64,000 nt of DNA from Lingula anatina (taxonomy: Eukaryota > Animalia > Brachiopoda), in assembly GCA_051362555.1 (NCBI GenBank), contig CM120640.1:24414225-24478224 (forward strand), given 5' to 3'. Both the position numbers and the translations under genes were made by a program. Shown here one piece after another: positions 49,601-61,600 of the stretch (positions within the stretch are counted from its first letter, which is position 1; each line of letters opens with the position of its first letter). The notes beneath the pieces are model-generated. The model searched no databases and was not told the origin of the DNA. It was given only the letters and a program-made list of their open reading frames with translations.

Positions 49601-52600
49601 TTTTTTCAATATACCCATCCCACCACCGCCAAAAAATAAAATTTACTAACCTTAGCTTGGATCCAAGAGTGAAGTCCATGTCCGGGTGAGGTCGCTCATC
49701 ATCTTCTTTGTCCTGTAAAAAGAAATGAAAAACAAGATTAGATTTTTTCAATATACCCATCCCACCACCGCCAAAAAATAAAATTTACTAACCTTAGTTG
49801 GATCCAAGAGTGAGGTCCATGTCTGGGTGGGGTCGCTCATCATCTTCTTTGTCCTGTAAAAAGAAATGAAAAACAAGATTAGATTTTTTCAATTTACCCA
49901 TAACATCAACCCCCAAAAATAAAATTTACTAACCTTAGCTTGGATCCAAGAGTGACATCGATGTATGGGTGGGGTCGCTCATCATCTTCTTTGTCCTGTA
50001 AAAAGAAATGAAAAACAAGATTAGATTTTTTCAATTTACCCTTAACATCAACCCCCAAAAATAAAATTTACTAACCTTAGCTTGGATCCAAGAGTGAAGT
50101 CCATGTCCGGGTGGGGTCGCTCATCATCTTCTTTGTCCTGTAAAAAAAAATGAAAAACAAGATTAGATTTTTTCAATTTACCCATCCCATCACCTCAATA
50201 AAATAAAATTTACTCACCTTAGCTTGGATCCAAGAGTGACATCCATATCAGGGTGAGGTCGCTCAGCATCTTCTTTGTACTGTAAAAAGAAATGAAAAAC
50301 AACATTAGATTTTTTCAATTTACCCATGTCACAATCCCCCCCCCAAAAAATTTACTAACCTTAGCTTGGATCCAAGAGTGAAGTCCATGTCCGGTTGGGG
50401 TCGTTCATCATCTTCTTTGTCCTGTAAAAAGAAATGAAAAACAAGATTAGATTTTTTCAATATACCCATCCCACCACCGCCAAAAAATAAAATTTACTAA
50501 CCTTAGCTTGGATCCAAGAGTGAAGTCCATGTCCGGGTGAGGTCGCTCATCATCTTCTTTGTCCTGTAAAAAGAAATGAAAAACAAGATTAGATTTTTTT
50601 ATTTTCCCATTCCACCACCCCCAAAAAATAAAATTTACTCACCTTAGTTAGATCCAAGAGTGAAGTCCATATGTGGGTGGGGTCGCTCATCATCTTCTTT
50701 GTCCTGTAAAAAGAAATAAAAAATTAAATTAGATTTTTTTCAATTTACCAATCCCAACACCTCCAAAAAATAAAATTTACTCACCTTAGTTTAGATCTAA
50801 GAGTGACATCCATGTCTGGGTGGGGTCGCTCATCATCTTCTTTGTCCTGTAAAAAGAAATGAAAAACAAGATTAGATTTTTTCTATTTACTATCCCACCA
50901 CCCCAAAAAAATAAAATTTACTAACCTAAGCTTGGATCCAGGAGTGAAGTCCATGTCCGGGTGGGGTCGCTCATCATCTTCTTTGTCCTGTAAAAAGAAA
51001 TGAAAAACAAGATTAGATTTTTACAATTTACCCATAACATCAACACCCATAAAATAAAATTTACTAACCTTAGCTTGGATCCAAGAGTGACTTCGATGTC
51101 CGGGTAGGGTCGCTCATCATCTTCTTTGTCCTGTAAAAAGAAATGAAAAACAAGATTAGATTTTTTCAATTTACCCATCCCATCACCTCAAAAAATAAAA
51201 TTAACTAACCTTAGCTTGGATCCAAGAGTGAAGTCCATGTCCGGTTGGGGTCGCTCATCATCTTCTTTGTCCTGTAAAAAGAAATGAAAAACAAGATTAG
51301 ATTTTTTCAATATACCAATCCCACCACCGCCAAAAAATAAAATTAACTAACCTTAGCTTGGATCCAAGAGTGTAGTCCATGACCGGGTGGGGTCGCTCAT
51401 CATCTTCTTTGTCCTGTAAAAAGAAATGAAAAACAAGATTAATTTTTTTATTTTCCCATTCCACCCCCCCCCCCAAAAAAAATAAAATTTACTCACCTTA
51501 GTTAGATCCAAGAGTGAAATCCATATGTGGGTGGGGTCGCTCATCATCTTCTTTGTCCTGTAAAAAGAAATGAAAATAAGATTAGATTTTTTCAATATAC
51601 CCATCCCACCACCGCCAAAAAATAAAATTTACTAACCTTAGCTTGGATCCAAGAGTGAAGTCCATGTCCGGGTGAGGTCGCTCATCATCTTCTTTGTCCT
51701 GTAAAAAGAAATGAAAAACAAGATTAGATTTTTTCAATATACCCATCCCACCACCGCCAAAAAATAAAATTTACTAACCTTAGTTGGATCCAAGAGTGAG
51801 GTCCATGTCTGGGTGGGGTCGCTCATCATCTTCTTTGTCCTGTAAAAAGAAATGAAAAACAAGATTAGATTTTTTCAATTTACCCATAACATCAACCCCC
51901 AAAAATAAAATTTACTAACCTTAGCTTGGATCCAAGAGTGACTTCGATGTATGGGTGGGGTCGCTCATCATCTTCTTTGTCCTGTAAAAAGAAATGAAAA
52001 ACAAGATTAGATTTTTTCAATTTACCCTTAACATCAACCCCCAAAAATAAAATTTACTAACCTTAGCTTGGATCCAAGAGTGAAGTCCATGTCCGGGTGG
52101 GGTCGCTCATCATCTTCTTTGTCCTGTAAAAAGAAATGAAAAACAAGATTAGATTTTTTCAATTTACCCATCCCATCACCTCAATAAAATAAAATTTACT
52201 CACCTTAGCTTGGATCCAAGAGTGACATCCATATCAGGGTGAGGTCGCTCAGCATCTTCTTTGTACTGTAAAAAGAAATGAAAAACAACATTAGATTTTT
52301 TCAATTTACCCATGTCACAATCCCCCCCCAAAAAATTTACTAACCTTAGCTTGGATCCAAGAGTGAAGTCCATGTCCGGTTGGGGTCGTTCATCATCTTC
52401 TTTGTCCTGTAAAAAGAAATGAAAAACAAGATTAGATTTTTTCAATATACCCATCCCACCACGGCCAAAAAATAAAATTTACTAACCTTAGCTTGGATCC
52501 AAGAGTGAAGTCCATGTCCGGGTGAGGTCGCTCATCATCTTCTTTGTCCTGTAAAAAGAAATGAAAAACAAGATTAGATTTTTTTATTTTCCCATTCCAC

Positions 52601-55600
52601 CACCCCCAAAAAATAAAATTTACTCACCTTAGTTAGATCCAAGAGTGAAGTCCATATGTGGGTGGGGTCGCTCATCATCTTCTTTGTCCTGTAAAAAGAA
52701 ATAAAAAATTAAATTAGATTTTTTTCAATTTACCAATCCCAACACCTCCAAAAAATAAAATTTACTCACCTTAGTTTAGATCTAAGAGTGACATCCATGT
52801 CTGGGTGGGGTCGCTCATCATCTTCTTTGTCCTGTAAAAAGAAATGAAAAACAAGATTAGATTTTTTCTATTTACTATCCCACCACCCCAAAAAAATAAA
52901 ATTTACTAACCTAAGCTTGGATCCAGGAGTGAAGTCCATGTCCGGGTGGGGTCGCTCATCATCTTCTTTGTCCTGTAAAAAGAAATGAAAAACAAGATTA
53001 GATTTTTTCAATTTACCCTTAACATCAACCAACAAAAATAAAATTTACTAACCTTAGCTTGGATCCAAGAGTGAAGTCCATGTCCGGGTGGGGTCGCTCA
53101 TCATCTTCTTTGTCCTCTAAAAAGAAATGAAAAACAAGATTAGATTTTTTCAATTTACCCATCCCATCACCTCAATAAAATAAAATTTACTAACCTTAGC
53201 TTGGATCCAAGAGTGACATCCATATCAGGGTGAGGTCGCTCAGCATCTTCTTTATACTGTAAAAAGAAATGAAAAACAACATTAGATTTTTTCAATTTAC
53301 CCATGTCACCATCCCCCCTAAAAAAATTTACTAACCTTAGCTTGGATCCAAGAGTGAAGTCCATGTCCGGTTGGGGTCGCTCATCATCTTCTTTGTCCTG
53401 TAAAAAGAAATGAAAAACAAGATTAGATTTTTTCAATTTACCCTTAACATCAACCAACAAAAATAAAATTTACTAACCTTAGCTTGGATCCAAGAGTGAA
53501 GTCCATGTCCGGGTGGGGTCGCTCATCATCTTCTTTGTCCTCTAAAAAGAAATGAAAAACAAGATTAGATTTTTTCAATTTACCCATCCCATCACCTCAA
53601 TAAAATAAAATTTACTCACCTTAGCTTGGATCCAAGAGTGACATCCATATCAGGGTGAGGTCGCTCAGCATCTTCTTTGTACTGTAAAAAGAAATGAAAA
53701 ACAACATTAGATTTTTTCAATTTACCCATGTCACCATCCCCCCTAAAAAAATTTACTAACCTTAGCTTGGTTCCAAGAGTGAAGTCCATGTCCGGGTGAA
53801 GTCGCTCATCATCTTCTTTGTCCTGTAAAAAGAAATGAAAAACAAGATTAGATTTTTTTATTTTCCCATTCCACCCCCCCCTCCCCCAAAAAATAAAATT
53901 TACTCACCTTAGTTAGATCCAAGAGTGAAATCCATATGTGGGTGGGGTCGCTCATCATCTTCTTTGTCCTGTAAAAAGAAATGAAAAACAAGATTAGATT
54001 TTTTCTATTTACTATCCCACCACCCCAAAAAAATGAAATTTACTCACCTTAGCTTGGATCCAAGAGTGACATCCATATCAGGGTGAGGTCGCTCAGCATC
54101 TTCTTTGTACTGTAAAAAGAAATGAAAAACAACATTAGATTTTTTCAATTTACCCATGTCACCATCCCCCCTAAAAAAATTTACTAACCTTAGCTTGGTT
54201 CCAAGAGTGAAGTCCATGTCCGGGTGAAGTCGCTCATCATCTTCTTTGTCCTGTAAAAAAAAATGAAAAACAAGATTAGATTTTTTCAATATACCCATCC
54301 CACCACCGCCAAAAAATAAAATTTACTAACCTTAGTTGGATCCAAGAGTGAGGTCCATGTCTGGGTGGGGTCGCTCATCATCTTCTTTGTCCTGTAAAAA
54401 GAAATGAAAAACAAGATTAGATTTTTTCTATTTACTATCCCACCACCCCAAAAAAATGAAATTTACTAACCTAAGCTTGGATCCAGGAGTGAAGTCCATG
54501 TCCGGGTGGGGTCGCTCATCATCTTCTTTGTCCTGTAAAAAGAAATGAAAAACAAGATTAGATTTTTTCAATTTACCCATAACATCAACCCCCAAAAATA
54601 AAATTCACTAACCTTAGCTTGGATCCAAGAGTGACTTCGATGTATGGGTGGGGTCGCTCATCATCTTCTTTGTCCTGTAAAAAGAAATGAAAAACAAGAT
54701 TAGATTTTTTCAATTTACCCATCCCATCACCTCAATAAAATAAAATTTACTCACCTTAGCTTGGATCCAAGAGTGACATCCATATCAGGGTGAGGTCGCT
54801 CAGCATCTTCTTTGTACTGTAAAAAGAAATGAAAAACAAGATTAGATTTTTTCAATATACCCATCCCACCACCGCCAAAAAATAAAATTTACTAACCTTA
54901 GCTTGGATCCAAGAGTGAAGTCCATGTCCGGGTGAGGTCGCTCATCATCTTCTTTGTCCTGTAAAAAGAAATGAAAAACAAGATTAGATTTTTTTATTTT
55001 CCCATTCCACCACCCCCAAAAAATAAAATTTACATACCTTAGTTAGATCCAAGAGTGAAGTCCATATGTGGGTGGGGTCGCTCATCATCTTCTTTGTCCT
55101 GTAAAAAGAAATAAAAAATTAAATTAGATTTTTTTCAATTTACCAATCCCACCACCCTAAAAAAATAAAATTTACTTACCTAAGCTTGGATCCAGGAGTG
55201 AAGTCCATGTCCGGTTGGGGTCGCTCATCATCTTCTTTGTCCTGTAAAAAGAAATGAAAAACAAGATTAGATTTTTACAATTTACCTATAACATCAACAC
55301 CCAAAAAATAAAATTTACTAACCTTAGCTTGGATCCAAGAGTGACTTTGATGTCCGGGTAGGGTCGCTCATCATCTTCTTTGTCCTGTAAAAAGAAATGA
55401 AAAACAAGATTAGATTTTTTCAATTTACCCATCCCATCACCTCAAAAAATAAAATTAACTAACCTTAGCTTGGATCCAAGAGTGAAGTCCATGTCCGGTT
55501 GGGGTCGCTCATCATCTTCTTTGTCCTGTAAAAAGAAATGAAAAACAAGATTAGATTTTTTTATTTTCCCATTCCACCCCCCCCCCCCCCCCCAAAAAAA

Positions 55601-58600
55601 AAAAAAAAAATTTACTCACCTTAGTTAGATCCAAGAGTGAAATCCATGTGGGTGGGGTCGCTCATCATCTTCTTTGTCCTGTAAAAAGAAATGAAAAACA
55701 AGATTAGATTTTTTCAATATACCCATCCCACCACCGCCAAAAAATAAAATTTACTAACCTTAGCTTGGATCCAAGAGTGAAGTCCATGTCCGGGTGGGGT
55801 CGCTCATCATCTTCTTTGTCCTCTAAAAAGAAATGAAAAACAAGATTAGATTTTTTCAATTTACCCATCCCATCACCTCAATAAAATAAAATTTACTCAC
55901 CTTAGCTTGGATCCAAGAGTGACATCCATATCAGGGTGAGGTCGCTCAGCATCTTCTTTGTACTGTAAAAAGAAATGAAAAACAACATTAGATTTTTTCA
56001 ATTTACCCATGTCACCATCCCCCCCCAAAAAATTTACTAACCTTAGCTTGGATCCAAGAGTGAAGTCCATGTCCGGTTGGGGTTGCTCATCATCTTCTTT
56101 GTCCTGTAAAAAGAAATGAAAAACAAGATTAGATTTTTTCAATATACCCATCCCACCACCGCCAAAAAATAAAATTTACTAACCTTAGCTTGGATCCAAG
56201 AGTGAAGTCCATGTCCGGGTGAGGTCGCTCATCATATTCTTTGTCCTGTAAAAAGAAATGAAAAACAAGATTAGATTTTTTTATTTTCCCATTCCACCAC
56301 CCCCAAAAAATAAAATTTACTCACCTTAGTTAGATCCAAGAGTGAAGTCCATATGTGGGTGGGGTCGCTCATCATCTTCTTTGTCCTGTAAAAAGAAATA
56401 AAAAATTAAATTAGATTTTTTTCAATTTACCAATCCCACCACCCCAAAAAAATAAAATTTACTAACCTAAGCTTGGATCCAGGAGTGAAGTCCATGTCCG
56501 GGTGGGGTCGCTCATCATCTTCTTTGTCCTGTAAAAAGAAATGAAAAACAAGATTAGATTTTTACAATTTACCCATAACATCAACATCCATAAAATAAAA
56601 TGTACTAACCTTAGCTTGGATCCAAGAGTGAAGTCCATGTCCGGTTGGGGTCGCTCATCATCTTCTTTGTCCTGTAAAAAGAAATGAAAAACAAGATTAG
56701 ATTTTTTCAATATACCAATCCCACCACCGCCAAAAAATTAAATTAACTAACCTTAGCTTGGATCCAAGAATGTAGTCCATGACCGGGTGGGGTCGCTCAT
56801 CATCTTCTTTGTCCTGTAAAAAGAAATGAAAAACAAGATTAGATTTTTTTATTTTCCCATTCCACCCCCCCCCCCCCCCCAAAAATAAAATTTACTCACC
56901 TTAGTTAGATCCAAGAGTGAAATCCATATGTGGGTGGGGTCGCTCATCATCTTCTTTGTCCTGTAAAAAGAAATGAAAAACAAGATTAGATTTTTTCAAT
57001 TTACCCATAACATCAACCCCCAAAAATAAAATTTACTAACCTTAGCTTGGATCCAGGAGTGAAGTCCATGTCCGGGTGGGGTCGCTCATCATCTTCTTTG
57101 TCCTGTAAAAAGAAATGAAAAACAAGATTAGATTTTTTCAATTTACCCATAACATCAACCCCCAAAAATAAAATTTACTAACCTTAGCTTGGATCCAAGA
57201 GTGACTTCGATGTATGGGTGGGGTCGCTCATCATCTTCTTTGTCCTGTAAAAAGAAATGAAAAACAAGATTAGATTTTTTCAATTTACCCTTAACATCAA
57301 CCCCCAAAAATAAAATTTACTAACCTTAGCTTGGATCCAAGAGTGAAGTCCATGTCCGGGTGGGGTCGCTCATCATCTTCTTTGTCCTGTAAAAAGAAAT
57401 GAAAAACAAGATTAGATTTTTTCAATTTACCCATCCCATCACCTCAATAAAATAAAATTTACTCACCTTAGCTTGGATCCAAGAGTGACATCCATATCAG
57501 GGTGAGGTCGCTCAGCATCTTCTTTGTACTGTAAAAAGAAATGAAAAACAACATTAGATTTTTTCAATTTACCCATGTCACCATCCCCCCCAAAAAAATT
57601 TACTAACCTTAGCTTGGATCCAAGAGTGAAGTCCATGTCCGGTTGGGGTCGCTCATCATCTTCTTTGTCCTGTAAAAAGAAATGAAAAACAAGATTAGAT
57701 TTTTTCAATATACCCATCCCACCACCGCCAAAAAATAAAATTTACTAACCTTAGCTTGGATCCAAGAGTGAAGTCCATGTCCGGGTGAGGTCGCTCATCA
57801 TCTTCTTTGTCCTGTAAAAAGAAATGAAAAACAAGATTAGATTTTTTTATTTTCCCATTCCACCACCCCCAAAAAATAAAATTTACTCACCTTAGTTAGA
57901 TCCAAGAGTGAAGTCCATATGTGGGTGGGGTCGCTCATCATCTTCTTTGTCCTGTAAAAAGAAATAAAAAATTAAATTAGATTTTTTTCAATTTACCAAT
58001 CCCACCACCCCAAAAAAATAAAATTTACTAACCTAAGCTTGGATCCAGGAGTGAAGTCCATGTCCGGGTGGGGTCGCTCATCATCTTCTTTGTCCTGTAA
58101 AAAGAAATGAAAAACAAGATTAGATTTTTACAATTTACCCATAACATCAACACCCATAAAATAAAATTTACTAACCTTAGCTTGGATCCAAGAGTGACTT
58201 CGATGTCCGGGTAGGGTCGCTCATCATCTTCTTTGTCCTGTAAAAAGAAATGAAAAACAAGATTAGATTTTTTCAATTTACCCATCCCATCACCTCAAAA
58301 AATAAAATTAACTAACCTTAGCTTGGATCCAAGAGTGAAGTCCATGTCCGGTTGGGGTCGCTCATCATCTTCTTTGTCCTGTAAAAAGAAATGAAAAACA
58401 AGATTAGATTTTTTCAATATACCAATCCCACCACCGCCAAAAAATAAAATTAACTAACCTTAGCTTGGATCCAAGAGTGTAGTCCATGACCGGGTGGGGT
58501 CGCTCATCATCTTCTTTGTCCTGTAAAAAGAAATGAAAAACAAGATTAGATTTTTTTATTTTCCCATTCCACCCCCCTCCCCCCCCAAAAAAAAAATAAT

Positions 58601-61600
58601 AAAATTTACTCACCTTAGTTAGATCCAAGAGTGAAATCCATGTGGGTGGGGTCGCTCATCATCTTCTTTGTCCTGTAAAAAGAAATGAAAAACAAGATTA
58701 GATTTTTTCAATATACCCATCCCACCACCGCCAAAAAATAAAATTTACTAACCTTAGTTGGATCCAAGAGTGAGGTCCATGCCTGGGTGGGGTCGCTCAT
58801 CATCTTCTTTGTCCTGTAAAAAGAAATGAAAAACAAGATTAGATTTTTTCTATTTACTATCCAACCACCCCAAAAAAATGAAATTTACTAACCTAAGCTT
58901 GGATCCAGGAGTGAAGTCCATGTCCGGGTGGGGTCGCTCATCATCTTCTTTGTCCTGTAAAAAGAAATGAAAAACAAGATTAGATTTTTTCAATTTACCC
59001 ATAACATCAACCCCCAAAAATAAAATTTACTAACCTTAGCTTGGATCCAAGAGTGACTTCGATGTCTGTGTGGGGTCGCTCATCATCTTCTTTGTCCTGA
59101 AAAAAGAAATGAAAAACAAGATTAGATTTTTTCAATTTACCCTTAACATCAACCCCCAAAAATAAAATTTACTAACCTTAGCTTGGATCCAAGAGTGAAG
59201 TCCATGTCCGGGTGGGGTCGCTCATCATCTTCTTTGTCCTCTAAAAAGAAATGAAAAACAAGATTAGATTTTTTCAATTTACCCATCCCATCACCTCAAT
59301 AAAATAAAATTTACTCACCTTAGCTTGGATCCAAGAGTGACATCCATATCAGGGTGAGGTCGCTCAGCATCTTCTTTGTACTGTAAAAAGAAATGAAAAA
59401 CAACATTAGATTTTTTCAATTTACCCATGTCACCATCCCCCCCAAAAAAATTTACTAACCTTAGCTTGGATCCAAGAGTGAAGTCCATGTCCGGTTGGGG
59501 TCGCTCATCATCTTCTTTGTCCTGTAAAAAGAAATGAAAAACAAGATTAGATTTTTTCAATATACCCATCCCACCACCGCCAAAAAATAAAATTTACTAA
59601 CCTTAGCTTGGATCCAAGAGTGAAGTCCATGTCCGGGTGAGGTCGCTCATCATCTTTTTTGTCCTGTAAAAAGAAATGAAAAACAAGATTAGATTTTTTT
59701 ATTTTCCAATTCCACCACCCCCAAAAAATAAAATTTACTCACCTTAGTTAGATCCAAGAGTGAAGTCCATATGTGGGTGGGGTCGCTCATCATCTTCTTT
59801 GTCCTGTAAAAAGAAATAAAAAATTAAATTAGATTTTTTTCAATTTACCAATCCCACCACCCCAAAAAAATAAAATTTACTAACCTAAGCTTGGATCCAG
59901 GAGTGAAGTCCATGTCCGGGTGGGGTCGCTCATCATCTTCTTTGTCCTGTAAAAAGAAATGAAAAACAAGATTAGATTTTTACAATTTACCCATAACATC
60001 AACACCCATAAAATAAAATGTACTAACCTTAGCTTGGATCCAAGAGTGAAGTCCATGTCCGGTTGGGGTCGCTCATCATCTTCTTTGTCCTGTAAAAAGA
60101 AATGAAAAACAAGATTAGATTTTTTCAATATACCAATCCCACCACCGTCAAAAAATTAAATTAACTAACCTAAGCTTGGATCCAAGAGTGTAGTCCATGA
60201 CCGGGTGGGGTCGCTCATCATCTTCTTTGTCCTGTAAAAAGAAATGAAAAACAAGATTAGATTTTTTTATTTTCCCATTCCACCCCCCCCCCCCCCCCCC
60301 AAAAAAATAAAATTTCACTCACCTTAGTTAGATCCAAGAGTGAAATCCATATGTGGGTGGGGTCGCTCATCATCTTCTTTGTCCTGTAAAAAGAAATGAA
60401 AAACAAGATTAGATTTTTTCAATTTACCCATAACATCAACCCCCAAAAATAAAATTTACTAACCTTAGCTTGGATCCAGGAGTGAAGTCCATGTCCGGGT
60501 GGGGTCGCTCATCATCTTCTTTGTCCTGTAAAAAGAAATGAAAAACAAGATTAGATTTTTTCAATTTACCCATAACATCAACCCCCAAAAATAAAATTTA
60601 CTAACCTTAGCTTGGATCCAAGAGTGAAGTCCATGTCCGGGTGGGGTCGCTCATCATCTTCTTTGTCCTGTAAAAAGAAATGAAAAACAAGATTAGATTT
60701 TTTCAATTTACCCATCCCATCACCTCAATAAAATAAAATTTACTCACCTTAGCTTGGATCCAAGAGTGACATCCATATCAGGGTGAGGTCGCTCAGCATC
60801 TTCTTTGTACTGTAAAAAGAAATGAAAAACAACATTAGATTTTTTCAATTTACCCATGTCACCATCCCCCCCCCAAAAATTTACTAACCTTAGCTTGGAT
60901 CCAAGAGTGACATCCATATCAGGGTGAGGTCGCTCAGCATCTTCTTTGTACTGAAAAAAGAAATGAAAAACAAGATTAGATTTTTTCAATATACCCATCC
61001 CACCACCTCCAAAAAATAAAATTTACTCACCTTAGCTTGGATACAAGAGTGAAGTCCATGTCCGAGTGGGGTCGCTCATCATCTCCTTTGTCCTGTAAAA
61101 AGAAATGAAAAACAACATTAGTTTTTTCAATTTACCCATGTCCCATCCCAAAAAAATAAAATTTACTAACCTTAGCTTGGATCCAAGAGTGAAGTCCATG
61201 TCCGGGTGGGGTCACTCATCATCTTCTTTGTCCTGTAAAAAGAAATGAAAAACAAGATTAGATTTTTTCAATTTACCCATTCCACCACCCCCAAAAAATA
61301 AAATTTACTCACCTTAGTTAGATCCAAGAGTGAAGTCCATGTCCGGGTGGGGTCGCTCATCATCTTCTTTGTCCTGTAAAAAGAAATGAAAAACAAGATT
61401 AGATTTTTTCAATATACCCATCCTACCACCGCCAAAAAAAAAATTTACTCACATTAACTTGGATCCAAGAGTGAAGTCCATGTGCGGGTGGGGTCGCTCA
61501 TCATCTTCTTTGTCCTGAAAAAAGAAATGAAAAACAAGATTAGATTTTTTTATTTTCCCATTCCACCCCCCCCCCCCCCCCCCCCAAAAAAATAAAATTT